The notes below the pieces were generated by a model that saw only the letters and a list, made by a program, of their open reading frames with translations, was not told where the DNA came from and did not search any database. The position numbers were made by a program, and so were the translations under genes. Shown here piece after piece: positions 1 to 9,177 of a stretch of DNA of 24,064 bases. The DNA is from Eledone cirrhosa (lineage: Eukaryota). How positions within the stretch are numbered: the first letter of the stretch is position 1; the number at the start of each line of letters is the position of its first letter. Location: contig CAXHJY010000685.1 in the NCBI GenBank assembly GCA_964016885.1, positions 1-24,064 of the forward strand, read 5' to 3'.

Positions 1-274
1 GAGATCATAGAAACTAATGCCAGCATGGAATACAGACATAGTGCTGCTGTTGCTGCTGCTGTTGCTGCTGCTGTTGTTGCTGCTGATAATGATGATATGT
101 CCGTGTGTGTATGTATGTATATGTATCTATGTATATATGTATGTATCATCATTATCATTGTTGTTTTAATGTTCACTTTCTCTGCTAGCAAGGCTTGGAT
201 GGGATGTATGTATGTATGTTTGTATATATATACATATGTCTCTATATACTTATGTATGTATTATGTATATAATA

Positions 275-453
275 AGGTGCAGAGTGCTCAAAGTAGAGGT
301 AGCCGTGGTGTGGGCAAGCCTAGGAAGACTTGGGATGAGGTAATAAAAGCTGACCTTGTACAATTACACCTCACGAAGGCAATGACCCAGGACTGGGACC
401 TCTGGCGCTATGCAGTTTTATGGAAGACCCGCCCTCTATTGTTCTCAGGATGA
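275..453 (+). mobile_element. RTE-clade LINE 3' fragment
   Basis: Translation GSRGVGKPRKTWDEVIKADLVQLHLTKAMTQDWDLWRYAV matches the G-R-P-x-K-T-W...D-L...D-R-x2-W-R C-terminal pattern of RTE ORFs. Confidence 0.75.
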
Positions 454-559
454 GGTTTATACCTAGTAGGCAACACCTACCTCAACCTGTTATCCCCTTT
501 CATCCACCTCCCTTAGCGGTAATCATACCTCCCCTACTACCCTGTCCACTTTTTCCCCA

Positions 560-850
560 AACCCCATTGTAAAGTGGTTGTGTCGGTGACACAACAAAGG
601 TGCCCAGTCCATACTGTAAAGAACACCCAGCCCACACTGTAAAGTGATCGTGTAGGTGTCACGACAAAAAGTACCCGGCACACAATATCAATGTGGTTGG
701 TGTTAGGAAGGGCACCCAGCCGTAGAAAACCAGTTAGAAATTCTCCTATATGAGCAAGACACGGTCACCCGATCCAACTTACCTGTAATTGGGACAAACC
801 CGTCTAACCCATGCTAGCATGGAAGACAGACGTTAATCGACAATGATGAT
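560..850 (+). mobile_element. SINE 3' portion with RTE-type tail (family ending CCCATGCTAGCATGGAAGACAGACGTTAA + (GAT)n)
   Basis: Shared blocks GTGGTTGGTGTTAGGAAGGGCA and CCCGTCTAACCCATGCTAGCATGGAAG recur at 12136-12306 (+) and 10165-10540 (-). Confidence 0.75.
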
Positions 851-986
851 ATACATATGTATGTATATACGTATGTATGTATATACGTATGTATCTATAC
901 ATGTATGTATATATATATATATATATACCAAAAAGAAGAACAAGTCAACATCATTGGATACCATCAGGGTTGCAAGTGTTATATCA

Positions 987-1393
987 GAGTTTTCCTTCTC
1001 CTAGAATTCTGCCTTGAAAAAGGCTAAGGAGTCATCTCTCCCGGTGATTTTGGATGGCCATTGACTCTTAAGAGCTCCTTTGCCCTTTGCATATCAGCTT
1101 GGTTAAGAGAGTGGGACTGGCTTTGTGCAGTGCCTTTGCTCACTATAAAATCTTCATGGCACAGGCATTGCTTTATATCTGCAGATCTCTCTGCACTTGT
1201 CGTCACATGGTACCAAAGGCAATGCACTATGTGTCAATAATTGTCACAAGTGTAGGGTTTGTACCAGAGTTTTCAAGTCGCTGGCTGGACTAAAAAGTCA
1301 CACTCGTTCAGCGCATCGGTAGGGGTTCTCCTACATGGATATAAAGTAGTGGCCGTACTCGAAAACGAGTTGGCAGCCACTATATATATATAT
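987..1393 (+). mobile_element. Short RTE-derived element: 5'-UTR-like motif, C-terminal C2H2 zinc finger, 3' hairpin, (TA)n tail
   Basis: 1251-1322 encodes CRVCTRVFKSLAGLKSHTRSAHR* (C-x2-C-x12-H-x4-H). Hairpin ACTCG-AAAA-CGAGT at 1357-1370 just before (TA)n. 987-1031 GAGTTTTCCTTCTCCTAG...GCCTT-GAAA-AAGGC-TAAGGAG resembles an RTE 5'-UTR motif from memory. Confidence 0.55.
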
Positions 1394-1555
1394 AATAAAT
1401 GTAATCTGAGTTTTTCGAATATTAATAACAACATTCGATTTGTTTGCAATTATGCAAACAAGCCTCAATTTTATAGCCATGTCAGTAGAATGAACCCTTT
1501 ATTCTTGCTCTCGAATATTATTATTAATATTCGAAAAACTCAGATTACATTTATT
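1394..1555. repeat. Inverted repeat with ~45-bp arms
   Basis: AATAAATGTAATCTGAGTTTTTCGAATATTAATAA (from 1394) is the reverse complement of TTATTAATATTCGAAAAACTCAGATTACATTTATT (to 1555). Confidence 0.8.
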
Positions 1556-1643
1556 GTATTCAGCCATGTAGAGCGAACATTTTCTTTTATATATATATAT
1601 ACAATATATTAATAAATGGAAACTATATTTATAAAACCATATT

Positions 1644-1709
1644 TATTTTATTATACATATTTCAAGGGCGACCAAGGCAAATTATGGTGCGCTTTCATCA
1701 GATAAAATA
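1644..1709 (-). ncRNA. Minimal type I hammerhead ribozyme, inverted copy
   Basis: Reverse complement reads TATTTTAT CTGATGA AAGCGCACCATAATTTGCCTTGGTCGCCCTT GAAA TATGTA TA ATAAAATA. Confidence 0.78.
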
Positions 1710-1779
1710 CAGATTTGTTTCATAAATAAATATTGACATACTCAGAAAAAAGACAATATTTATTTATAAAACAAATCTG

Positions 1780-1845
1780 TATTTTATCTGATGAAAGCGC
1801 ACCAAAATTTGCCTTGGTTGCCCTTGAAATATGTATAATAAAATA
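1780..1845 (+). ncRNA. Minimal type I hammerhead ribozyme (Penelope-like-element type)
   Basis: Stem I TATTTTAT (1780-1787) / ATAAAATA (1838-1845); core CTGATGA (1788-1794); stem II AAGCGCACCAA...TTGGTTGCCCTT; GAAA (1826-1829); self-complementary TATGTA; then U-A, giving predicted cleavage after A1837 (AUA triplet). Confidence 0.8.
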
Positions 1846-1978
1846 AATATGGTTTTATAAATATAGTTTCCATTTATTAATATATTGTGTATTTACTCCA
1901 CTAACTGTTGAGTGCTTTATATCAGTTATAAAAATGTTTAAGCTTGTTGAATCCCAACAAATTAAATATAACCTCTAC

Positions 1979-1979
<1 letters not shown>

Positions 1980-2009
<30 letters not shown>

Positions 2010-2181
2010 ATATGTGTGTGTGTGTGTATGTATATATATGAATGTATGTAAATATGTATCTATATATGTATGTACATATGTATGTATATACGTATGTATC
2101 TATACATGTATTATGTGTATATATATATATATATATGTGCGTGTGTGTATGCATATATATGAATGTATGTACAGTATGTAG

Positions 2182-2226
<45 letters not shown>
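1980..2226. repeat. (TA)n/(TG)n/(TATG)n microsatellite
   Basis: Direct reading. Confidence 0.95.
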
Positions 2227-2229
<3 letters not shown>

Positions 2230-2407
2230 GAAACAGAGAAACTATATAAATATAAATATGAGAAATGGATAAATAGAATATGAGAATTGAAAAGCTAAAT
2301 ATTGGCTATAATGATGGGTGGCATGGAAATAAACCTGAAGAAATGAAAACAAGAGGCTAGGACATAGAAATATAGAGAAGATAGAGAAAATATCAATACT
2401 ATATATA

Positions 2408-2810
2408 CTGTGAAGGTGGATGGCTTAGGGGTTAGAGCATTGGGCTTACAACTCGGAGGTTGTGAACTTGATGTGAAGGTGGATGTCTTAGGGGATGGCA
2501 TTAGGCTTACAATTGGGAAGTTGTGGGCTTGATGTGAAGGTGGATGGCTTAGGGGTTAGAGCATTGGGCTTACAACTGGGAAGTTGTGGGCTTGATGTGA
2601 AGGTGGATGGCTTGATGTGAAGGTGATGTGAAGGTGGATGGCATTGGGCTTACAATTGAGAGGTTGTGGGTTTGATTCTCAGACCTGCCGATGTGTTCTT
2701 CAGCAAGACACTTTATTTCACGTTGGTCCAGTTTACTCAGCTGTAGAAATGTGTTGCAACATCACTGATGCCAAGCTGTATCGGCCATTGCCTTTCACTT
2801 AGACAACACC
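2408..2810 (+). mobile_element. tRNA-derived SINE with tandemly amplified 5' head (~62-bp units)
   Basis: Repeated TGTGAAGGTGGATGGCTTAGGGGTTAGAGCATTGGGCTTACAA (A-box-like) followed by one B-box-like GGTTTGATTCTC and body CAGCAAGACACTTTATTTCACGTTG, which is shared with the minus copy near 10440-10540. Confidence 0.6.
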
Positions 2811-3066
2811 ATATCTAGTGTATATATAGACAATGTATAGTATATATATATATATATGAAATCAATGTATAGTATGTATATAGTCAATGTATAGTATATA
2901 TATATAATCAATGTATAGTATGTATATATAGACAATGTATAGTATGTATATAGTGTATATATATAGACAATGTATAGTGTATATATATATATAGAGAGAG
3001 AGACAATGTATAATATGTATATAATGTATATATAGACAATGTATAGTATGTATATAGTGTATATAT
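2811..3066. repeat. Degenerate TA-rich tandem repeat (CAATGTATAGTATGTATATA units)
   Basis: Direct reading. Confidence 0.85.
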
Positions 3067-3335
3067 GAGTTGCAATGTCACTGGTGCCAGGCTACATTGG
3101 TCTTTGCCTCTCCCTTGGACAACATTGGTGGAGAGACTGGTATAGATGGATGACTGGTGGTCTAACATTGGTAGAGAGACTGGTATAGATGGATGACTGG
3201 TGGTCTTCCACAAACAACCTTGACCAGTCTCTGAGGGGACTTACTATGTGTAAATCCCATGGTCATTTGTGTCCGAAGGGGGTCTTTATCTTCTGCTCTT
3301 TATATAGAGTAAAATAACCATTTGTGATGACACAT

Positions 3336-3592
3336 TAACTGTTAAGTCATAGGATGTGATGTAGTGATGTACAGCTTGTCTTGGACATTTCAGCCTAGAA
3401 ATGACCATCACCTCTCTCTCTCCAGGAGTAACTGTTGATTAAGTCATAGGATGTGATGTAGTGATGTACAGCTTGTCTTGGACATTTCAGCCTAGAAATG
3501 ACCATCACCTCTCTCTCCAGGAGTAACTGTTGATTAAGTCATAGGATGTGATGTAGTGATGTACAGCTTGTCTTGGACACTTCAGCCTAGAA
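3336..3592. repeat. ~95-97-bp tandem repeat, ~2.6 copies
   Basis: AAGTCATAGGATGTGATGTAGTGATGTACAGC recurs at ~3344, 3441 and 3536. Confidence 0.9.
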
Positions 3593-3615
3593 ATAGCTCA
3601 AACAGAACTTTGGAG

Positions 3616-4236
3616 CAAGGTACTGTACTGTCAGCTGGCCAGACTTGTCTCAAGGTACTGTACTGTCAGCTGGCCAGACTTGTCTCAAGGTACTGTATTG
3701 TCAGCTGGCCAGACTTGTCTCAAGGTACTGTATTGTCAGCTGGCCAGACTTGTCTCAAGGTACTGTACTGTCAGCTGGCCAGACTTGTCTCAAGGTACTG
3801 TACTGTCAGCTGGCCAGACTTGTCTCAAGGTACTGTACTGTCAGCTGGCCAGACTTGTCTCAAGGTACTGTATTGTCAGCTGGCCAGACTTGTCTCAAGG
3901 TACTGTACTGTCAGCTGGCCAGACTTGTCTCAAGGTACTGTATTGTCAGCTGGCCAGACTTGTCTCAAGGTACTGTATTGTCAGCTGGCCAGACTTGTCT
4001 CAAGGTACTGTATTGTCAGCTGGCCAGACTTGTCTCAAGGTACTGTACTGTCAGCTGGCCAGACTTGTCTCAAGGTACTGTCAGCTGACTAAACTTGTCT
4101 CAAGGTACAGTACTGTCAGCTGGCCAGACTTGTCTCAAGGTACGGTACTGTCAGCTGGTCAGACTTGTCTCAAGGTACTGTCAGCTGGCTAAACTTGTCT
4201 CAACGTACAGTACTGTCAGGTGGCCAGACTTGTCTC
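3616..4236. repeat. 35-bp minisatellite, roughly 17-18 highly homogeneous copies
   Basis: Unit CAAGGTACTGTA(C/T)TGTCAGCTGGCCAGACTTGTCT; produces the three overlapping repetitive ORFs in the track. Confidence 0.97.
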
Positions 4237-4288
4237 ATGATGTAGATGACCCGTCTGACCCATGAAAGCATGGGAAAATAGACGTTAA

Positions 4289-4792
4289 CCCTTTAGCATT
4301 TAAACTGGCCATATACTGGCCAGAATTATCTCACCTCTTCCTGTTTGAACCGGCTGCAACTCATACTTATGTTAAGGCATTGTTCTCAAAACAACTAATA
4401 TCAAACTCTCATAGATTCGATATTATGTGAGATAATTATGTGAGGTAAAGCCTTTACTGTGAAAATACAATAGTATATATAGAGTAATGTAAATGTTATG
4501 TGAGATAATTATGTGAGGTAAAGCCTTTACTGTGAAAATACAATAGTATATATAGAGTAATGTAAATGTTATGTGAGATATTATGTGAGGTAAAGCCTTT
4601 ACTGTGAAAATACAATAGTATATATAGAGTAATGTAAATGTTATGTGAGATATTATGTGAGGTAAAGCCTTTACTGTGAAAATACAATAGTATATATAGA
4701 GTAATGTAAATGTTATGTGAGATATTATGTGAGGTAAAGCCTTTACTGTGAAAATACAATAGTATATATAGAGTAATGTAAATGTTAAAGGG
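4289..4792. mobile_element. piggyBac-type MITE with internal 72-bp tandem expansion
   Basis: TTAA target duplication (4285-4288, 4793-4796); termini CCCTTTAGCATTTA...TAAATGTTAAAGGG; five 72-73-bp repeats at ~4422-4787. Inserted into a SINE tail (GACG-TTAA-ATGGTGATGATGAT). Confidence 0.85.
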
Positions 4793-4976
4793 TTAAATGG
4801 TGATGATGATTAGCAACTATATAGAATGAATACAATAACAGAAGGGTTAGGGTTGATTTGGGGCACCCCACACTTAATATCAGGCTAATGTGACACACCA
4901 GGAGCAAAACATGTGCCTCCTCTCAGTTTACAGTTGTATTCTAATACTTCAAACATCAGACATGTCTGTTGTGGGG

Positions 4977-5402
4977 GCACATTGTGACGTGTGAAATGGC
5001 ACATTGTGACGTGTGAAATGGCACATTGTAACATGTGTGGAGTAGAGCCACATCTAGACATGTGTGGAGCGGATGTACATCTAGACATGTGTGGAGTGGA
5101 GGTACATCTAGACATGTGTGGAGTGGATGTACATCTAGACATGTGTGGAGTGGAGGTACATCTAGACATGTGTGGAGTGGAGGTACATCTAGACATGAGT
5201 GGAGGGATGTCTCGACATGTGTGGAGTGGAGCCACATCTAGACATGAGTGGAGTGGAGGTACATCTAGACATGAGTGGAGCAGAGGTACATCTAGACATG
5301 AGTGGAGTGGAGGGATGTCTAGATATGTGTGGAGTGGAGCCACATCTAGACATGAGTGGAGTGGAGGTACATCTGTGTGGAGTGGAGCTACATCTGAACA
5401 TG
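4977..5402. repeat. 27-bp minisatellite preceded by a short 22-bp repeat
   Basis: Unit GACATGTGTGGAGTGGAGGTACATCTA; explains the 9-aa periodic ORFs on both strands. Confidence 0.95.
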
Positions 5403-5459
5403 TCACTCTTGTCCCTGTCACAAATCTCTCTCATAACAACTACTACAATAAATGTCTAA

Positions 5460-5905
5460 AGAAAAAGAAGGGGAGAGGGAGAGAGAGGATTATAGAGGGA
5501 GAGGGGAATCAGGGAGAAAGATTGGAGAAAATGAGGAGAAGGGAGTGAAGGGATAGAGAGGTAGAGAAAAGAGAGAGAGAGAGGGACAGAGATGGGAGAG
5601 AGTGAGAGAGATAAGGGAGAGAGAAAGAGCTAGAGAGAGAGATGAGAGAGAGAAAGAGAGAGAGAGTGAGAGTAGAAAGAGAGAGAGAGAGAGTGAGAGC
5701 GAGGAGAGTGAGTAGAGAGAGCTAGAGAGAAGACGGATAGAGTAGAGAGAGAAGAGAGACAGAGGGCGAGTAGAGAGAGAGTAGAGACAGAGAGTGAGAG
5801 TGAGCAGAGAGAGAGTAGAGTGAGAGAGAGTAGAAAGAGAGTAGCGAGAGAGAGAGAGAGTAGAGCGAGAGAGGAGAGAGAGTAGAGGAGAGGAGAGAGA
5901 GAGAA
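5460..5905. repeat. (GA)n-rich purine tract
   Basis: Direct reading. Confidence 0.95.
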
Positions 5906-6126
5906 GTTTATGATTTCTCTACATTTAATTGGAAGATTCCAAAGTAACGAATCCGTTCTCCTGTGGACATTTCTGTTTTTTATGTGAAATCAGGGAAATG
6001 AAGGGATTCTGTTGCCAAAATTCTGATATTTGGCAAAACAACAGTAAAAAAAACAGAGAAATAAACACTGCAAATAGAATTCTTAAAGGAGTCAAATAAT
6101 TATTGTTCATCTTCCTTCTTCTACTT

Positions 6127-6650
6127 GACACACACGCATACACACACACATATACACATGTACACTCACACATGCAGTCACACTCACACACATGCACGCA
6201 CACACACACACACGCATATACACGCATACACATGTACACTCACACACAAATACACATATATACACACACTTACGTGCACACACATGCACACACACACACA
6301 CATATACATGCATACACATGCACACTCACACACACACACCTACATACACATGCACATACACATGCCCAAACATACACACATACATGGAATATCTATCCCC
6401 CCCACACACACATATACACGCACACACATACATACACACATACACGCACACACACATGCCCAAACACATGGGCACACACACACATGGAATATTTATCCCC
6501 CCACACACACACATATACACGCACACAAACATACACATGCACACACTCATACACATGCCCAAACACACACACATGCCCAAACACATGCACACATACACAC
6601 ATTTATGCACACATTTATACACACAAATACATGGGCACACACACACATGG
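6127..6650. repeat. (CA)n-rich degenerate microsatellite
   Basis: Direct reading; source of the His/Thr and Cys/Val ORFs. Confidence 0.95.
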
Positions 6651-6859
6651 AATAATATTTATCCATTAACATATGATATTTTACAAAGAAGTTTCCATTG
6701 TTGATTTAACCCTTAACACCCTGAAGTGATTTTATAAAAAAAACAGAAAATCTAAAATCAGGTTTGTTAATTCAAATATTTATTGTATCTTTACTGGTGG
6801 ACAGATAGCAGTGAAAAGTTTCAGTATTAAAATAAAGGTGTCATTTTTTAATGTGGTGA

Positions 6860-7262
6860 AGTCTTCTTCTTCGCCCACATATTCTTGAGAGGGTTGTGAG
6901 GGGCAGAGTGCTCAAACACTCCTTCCAATAGGTCCTATCAGAAGCAACCTTCTCCTGATCCAGCTGGATCCCCAAGCGAGACCATCCAAGCTCAGAGATG
7001 TTATCCAACCATCTTGCTCGGGGTCTACATCTGAGTCTCCTACCAGTTGGTTTTGCTCCTAAAATCTGTCCAGCGATTATTTCCTGAGACATTCTAACCA
7101 CATGTCCATAGTATCAGAGCTGTGATCTCTCAAATCGGAGAAGTAGCACCTCTACCTCGAGTGACACTCTGATTTCCGAGCTACACACTCTATCAAGTAA
7201 TGTTAATCCAAGACCCTTTGGAGGAATCCTATTTCGGCCACTTGTATTTGCAATCATATTCT
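6860..7262 (-). mobile_element. RTE-clade LINE 3' fragment, degenerate
   Basis: Minus translation includes LLRFERSQL*YYGHVVRMSQEIIAGQILGAKPTGRRLRCRPRARWLDNISELGWSRLGI...ASDRTYWKECLSTLP, matching the RTE W/Y-x-G-H-V-x-R-M...G-R-P-R-x-R-W pattern; (GAA)n tail near 6862-6872. Confidence 0.85.
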
Positions 7263-7519
7263 TTCATTTGCAATGGCAAATAAAAGTGGTGTAGTCATAT
7301 TGTTTTATTGCATTTTTCATGAATGACTTACCAATGAGTTTTATGTGGTACAAGATGTTAAGAAATTATCAATCGAAGTGTATTACTGGTATGTGAACAT
7401 GGATAGATACATGACCAAGTCTAATTTAGCAAAGTTTGAACAGAATGTAAGGAGATGAACCTAAAGAACATTCTGATGTTTGAATATCTAAATAACCTAG
7501 TCAGATAAGGATTTGATCA

Positions 7520-7628
7520 TGTCATGGATACAAGCGGCCAAAAATAGGATTTCTCAGAAAGGTTGTTACTTGATAAAGTGCATAGCTTGGAGATCAGAGA
7601 GTCACTCCAAGTAGAGCCACTACTGCCA
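7520..7628 (+). mobile_element. Short RTE fragment related to 7140-7250, opposite orientation
   Basis: ATACAAGCGGCCAAAAATAGGATTTCTC...CTTGATAAAGTGCATAGCTTGGAGATCAGAGAGTCACTC resembles the reverse complement of 7150-7248. Confidence 0.6.
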
Positions 7629-7645
7629 ATATGTATATATATATA

Positions 7646-7978
7646 TATAAGCAAAGGGATATTTAATTCAACAAATATATATATTTATAACAGATTCGAA
7701 GCACTCAACAGATTTTCTGGAGTATAATATCAATGATTTTAATAAATGGAAAACTATATTTATAAAACCATATTTACTCAATTATATATATTTCAAGGGT
7801 ACCAAAACTTTGGTATGCTCTCATCAGATAAAATACAAAGTTTGTTTTATAAATATTGACATATCCAGGAATAAGACCTTAACGGTTCAAGTTTTACCTG
7901 GATAGTAAAAGGAAAAAGGGGAAGAGAGGAAAAAAAGAAATATTTTCAATTATTTAGAAGAATATGCAAATGAGGTTA
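7646..7978 (-). mobile_element. Hammerhead-bearing ~340-bp repeat (Penelope-like pseudo-LTR)
   Basis: Reverse complement aligns over its length with 20891-21230 (e.g. ACTATCCAGGTAAAACTTGAACCGTTAAGGT vs ACTATCCAAGGAAAACTTGAACTGTTAAGGT). 3' end runs into (TA)n. Confidence 0.75.
7775..7835 (-). ncRNA. Minimal type I hammerhead ribozyme
   Basis: Reverse complement reads TATTTTAT CTGATGA GAGCATACCAAAGTTTTGGTACCCTT GAAA TATATA TA ATTGAGTA. Core intact; stem I has G-U wobbles and one mismatch. Confidence 0.72.
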
Positions 7979-8110
7979 GGGTTAGGGTTATATAGTTTTG
8001 CAGCTGCAGACTCCAACCAATAAACAATGCAAGGAGGGCTAAACATCAGTATATCTTTCCTAGAGTGATATGGGATCACACATATCCATGTATGATAGAT
8101 ATTGGTATAT

Positions 8111-8325
8111 TAATAAAGCAGAAGGTAATTAAGTTAAACTTGACTACATTATATTTATTACATAATTGTAAACCTTCCAGATACAATGTCATCAGACTAC
8201 TCTCATATGTAATTGTATCTGGAATGTTTACAATTATGTAACAGATACCATGGAAATACGTAAACAGATATTAAATAATAAATGAAATGTGTTGAAGTTT
8301 AACCTAATTACCTTCTAATTTATTA
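8111..8325. repeat. Nested imperfect inverted repeat containing split hammerhead-like motifs
   Basis: Outer arms 8111-8160 / ~8275-8325, inner arms 8158-8187 / 8212-8241. CTGATGA on minus at 8189-8195; GAAATACGTA on plus at 8253-8262. Confidence 0.65.
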
Positions 8326-8379
8326 TTTATAATTATACATCTATAAGTGTGTGTGTGTGTGTCTGTGTGTGTGTAAAAT

Positions 8380-8690
8380 TGGTGGAATGCCAGGCAATGT
8401 TAATTTTTGGCATTTGTTTTAGTCCTGTGACATATCAAGTTCAAATTCCACTCAAGGACACTGCCTATTTTTCCATCTTTCCAAGGTCGATAAACTAAAT
8501 CATATATAATAAATGATAAATAGAGTTGATGTAATGAATTGTCAGAGTCATTAGAACATCAGATAGAATGTTTTCCATTATTTGTTCCGAATCTCTGCTC
8601 TCTGAGTTCAAATTTCACCAAGGTCAACTTTGCCTTTCAGCCAATCAAGGTCGATAAAAAAAGTACCAATCTAGTACTAGGGATGATTCT
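8380..8690 (+). mobile_element. Two degenerate tRNA-derived SINE copies (GAGGTCAACTTTGCCTTTCATCC...GGGGTCGATAAAATAAAGTACCAG family)
   Basis: B-box-like GAGTTCAAATT followed by AAGGTCAACTTTGCCTTTCA and GGTCGATAAAAAAAGTACCA. Confidence 0.65.
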
Positions 8691-9014
8691 TGCTCTATAT
8701 CTCTTTCTTGCATTCATTCTCTCACTCTGTATCACTGGAATAAGCTGTATTGAAACGTGGAGAAAGATGCACTCTGCCAAGGTTAAAAAGCCTGAAATAC
8801 ATTGTATGCCACTACAGCATCCCTACAACAGGCAGTACAGGACCATAATTTACCAACCTGATCTGACCCCAGCATGACCCCATTCTCAAGACTAGTAAAA
8901 GGCAAAAATGCATGTCAGTGTTTCAGTGAGAGCACGCACGCGCACACACATACACACACAGATTGAAAACCACCTCAGCTGTATTTAACGATGCTTAAAT
9001 AAAGTTCTAATTAC

Positions 9015-9140
9015 CACAGTTAATTTCATCTTCCCAATCTCCACAGTCATTTTCACCATCACACTTTAGCTTGGCTGCAATACACTGTCGCTTTCCAGGG
9101 CAAAACATTTCATTGGACTTGCAGTTTTCTTTACTAAACT
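9015..9140 (-). CDS. Internal coding exon encoding a second LDLa module, probably the same gene
   Basis: Minus strand: acceptor tttgttcctttcag, 126-nt exon, donor G|gtaatt, phase 1-1. Translation xFSKENCKSNEMFCPGKRQCIAAKLKCDGENDCGDWEDEINC has six Cys and CDGENDCGDWEDE. Splices in frame to the 22373-22486 exon across a ~13.2-kb intron. Confidence 0.95.
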
Positions 9141-9177
9141 CTGAAAGGAACAAATTACATATATTGTTGTTATTATT

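Larger units (their letters stand above)
1601..1978. mobile_element. Hammerhead-bearing repeat (Penelope-like pseudo-LTR): plus copy 1754-1978 with inverted partial copy 1601-1735
   Basis: ~135-bp near-perfect inverted arms (1601-1735 / 1754-1888) with an 18-nt spacer. The plus copy continues to ~1978 and aligns by eye with 21008-21230 and the reverse complement of 7646-7860. Flanked by (TA)n. Confidence 0.75.

Noticed and set aside
1251-1322. C2H2 zinc finger as an exon of a host ZNF gene
   Set aside because: Single finger with no TGEKP linker, followed by a stop, hairpin and (TA)n tail; all three frames after the acceptor-like site at 1004 hit stops. Better explained as an RTE ORF end.
3556-4192. 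Three overlapping ORFs with 35-aa periodicity; superficially CRISPR-like 35-bp repeats
   Set aside because: Contiguous tandem units with no unique spacers and no cas genes in a eukaryotic context; the ORFs arise because the unit lacks stop codons.
4885-5548. Multiple 9-aa-periodic ORFs on both strands
   Set aside because: Translation of a 27-bp minisatellite; no splice or domain support.
6103-6704. His/Thr-rich and Cys/Val-rich ORFs
   Set aside because: (CA)n microsatellite artefacts.
8539-8877. 112-aa ORF with a hydrophobic segment
   Set aside because: First half is SINE sequence, start codon is non-ATG, and no splice context was found.
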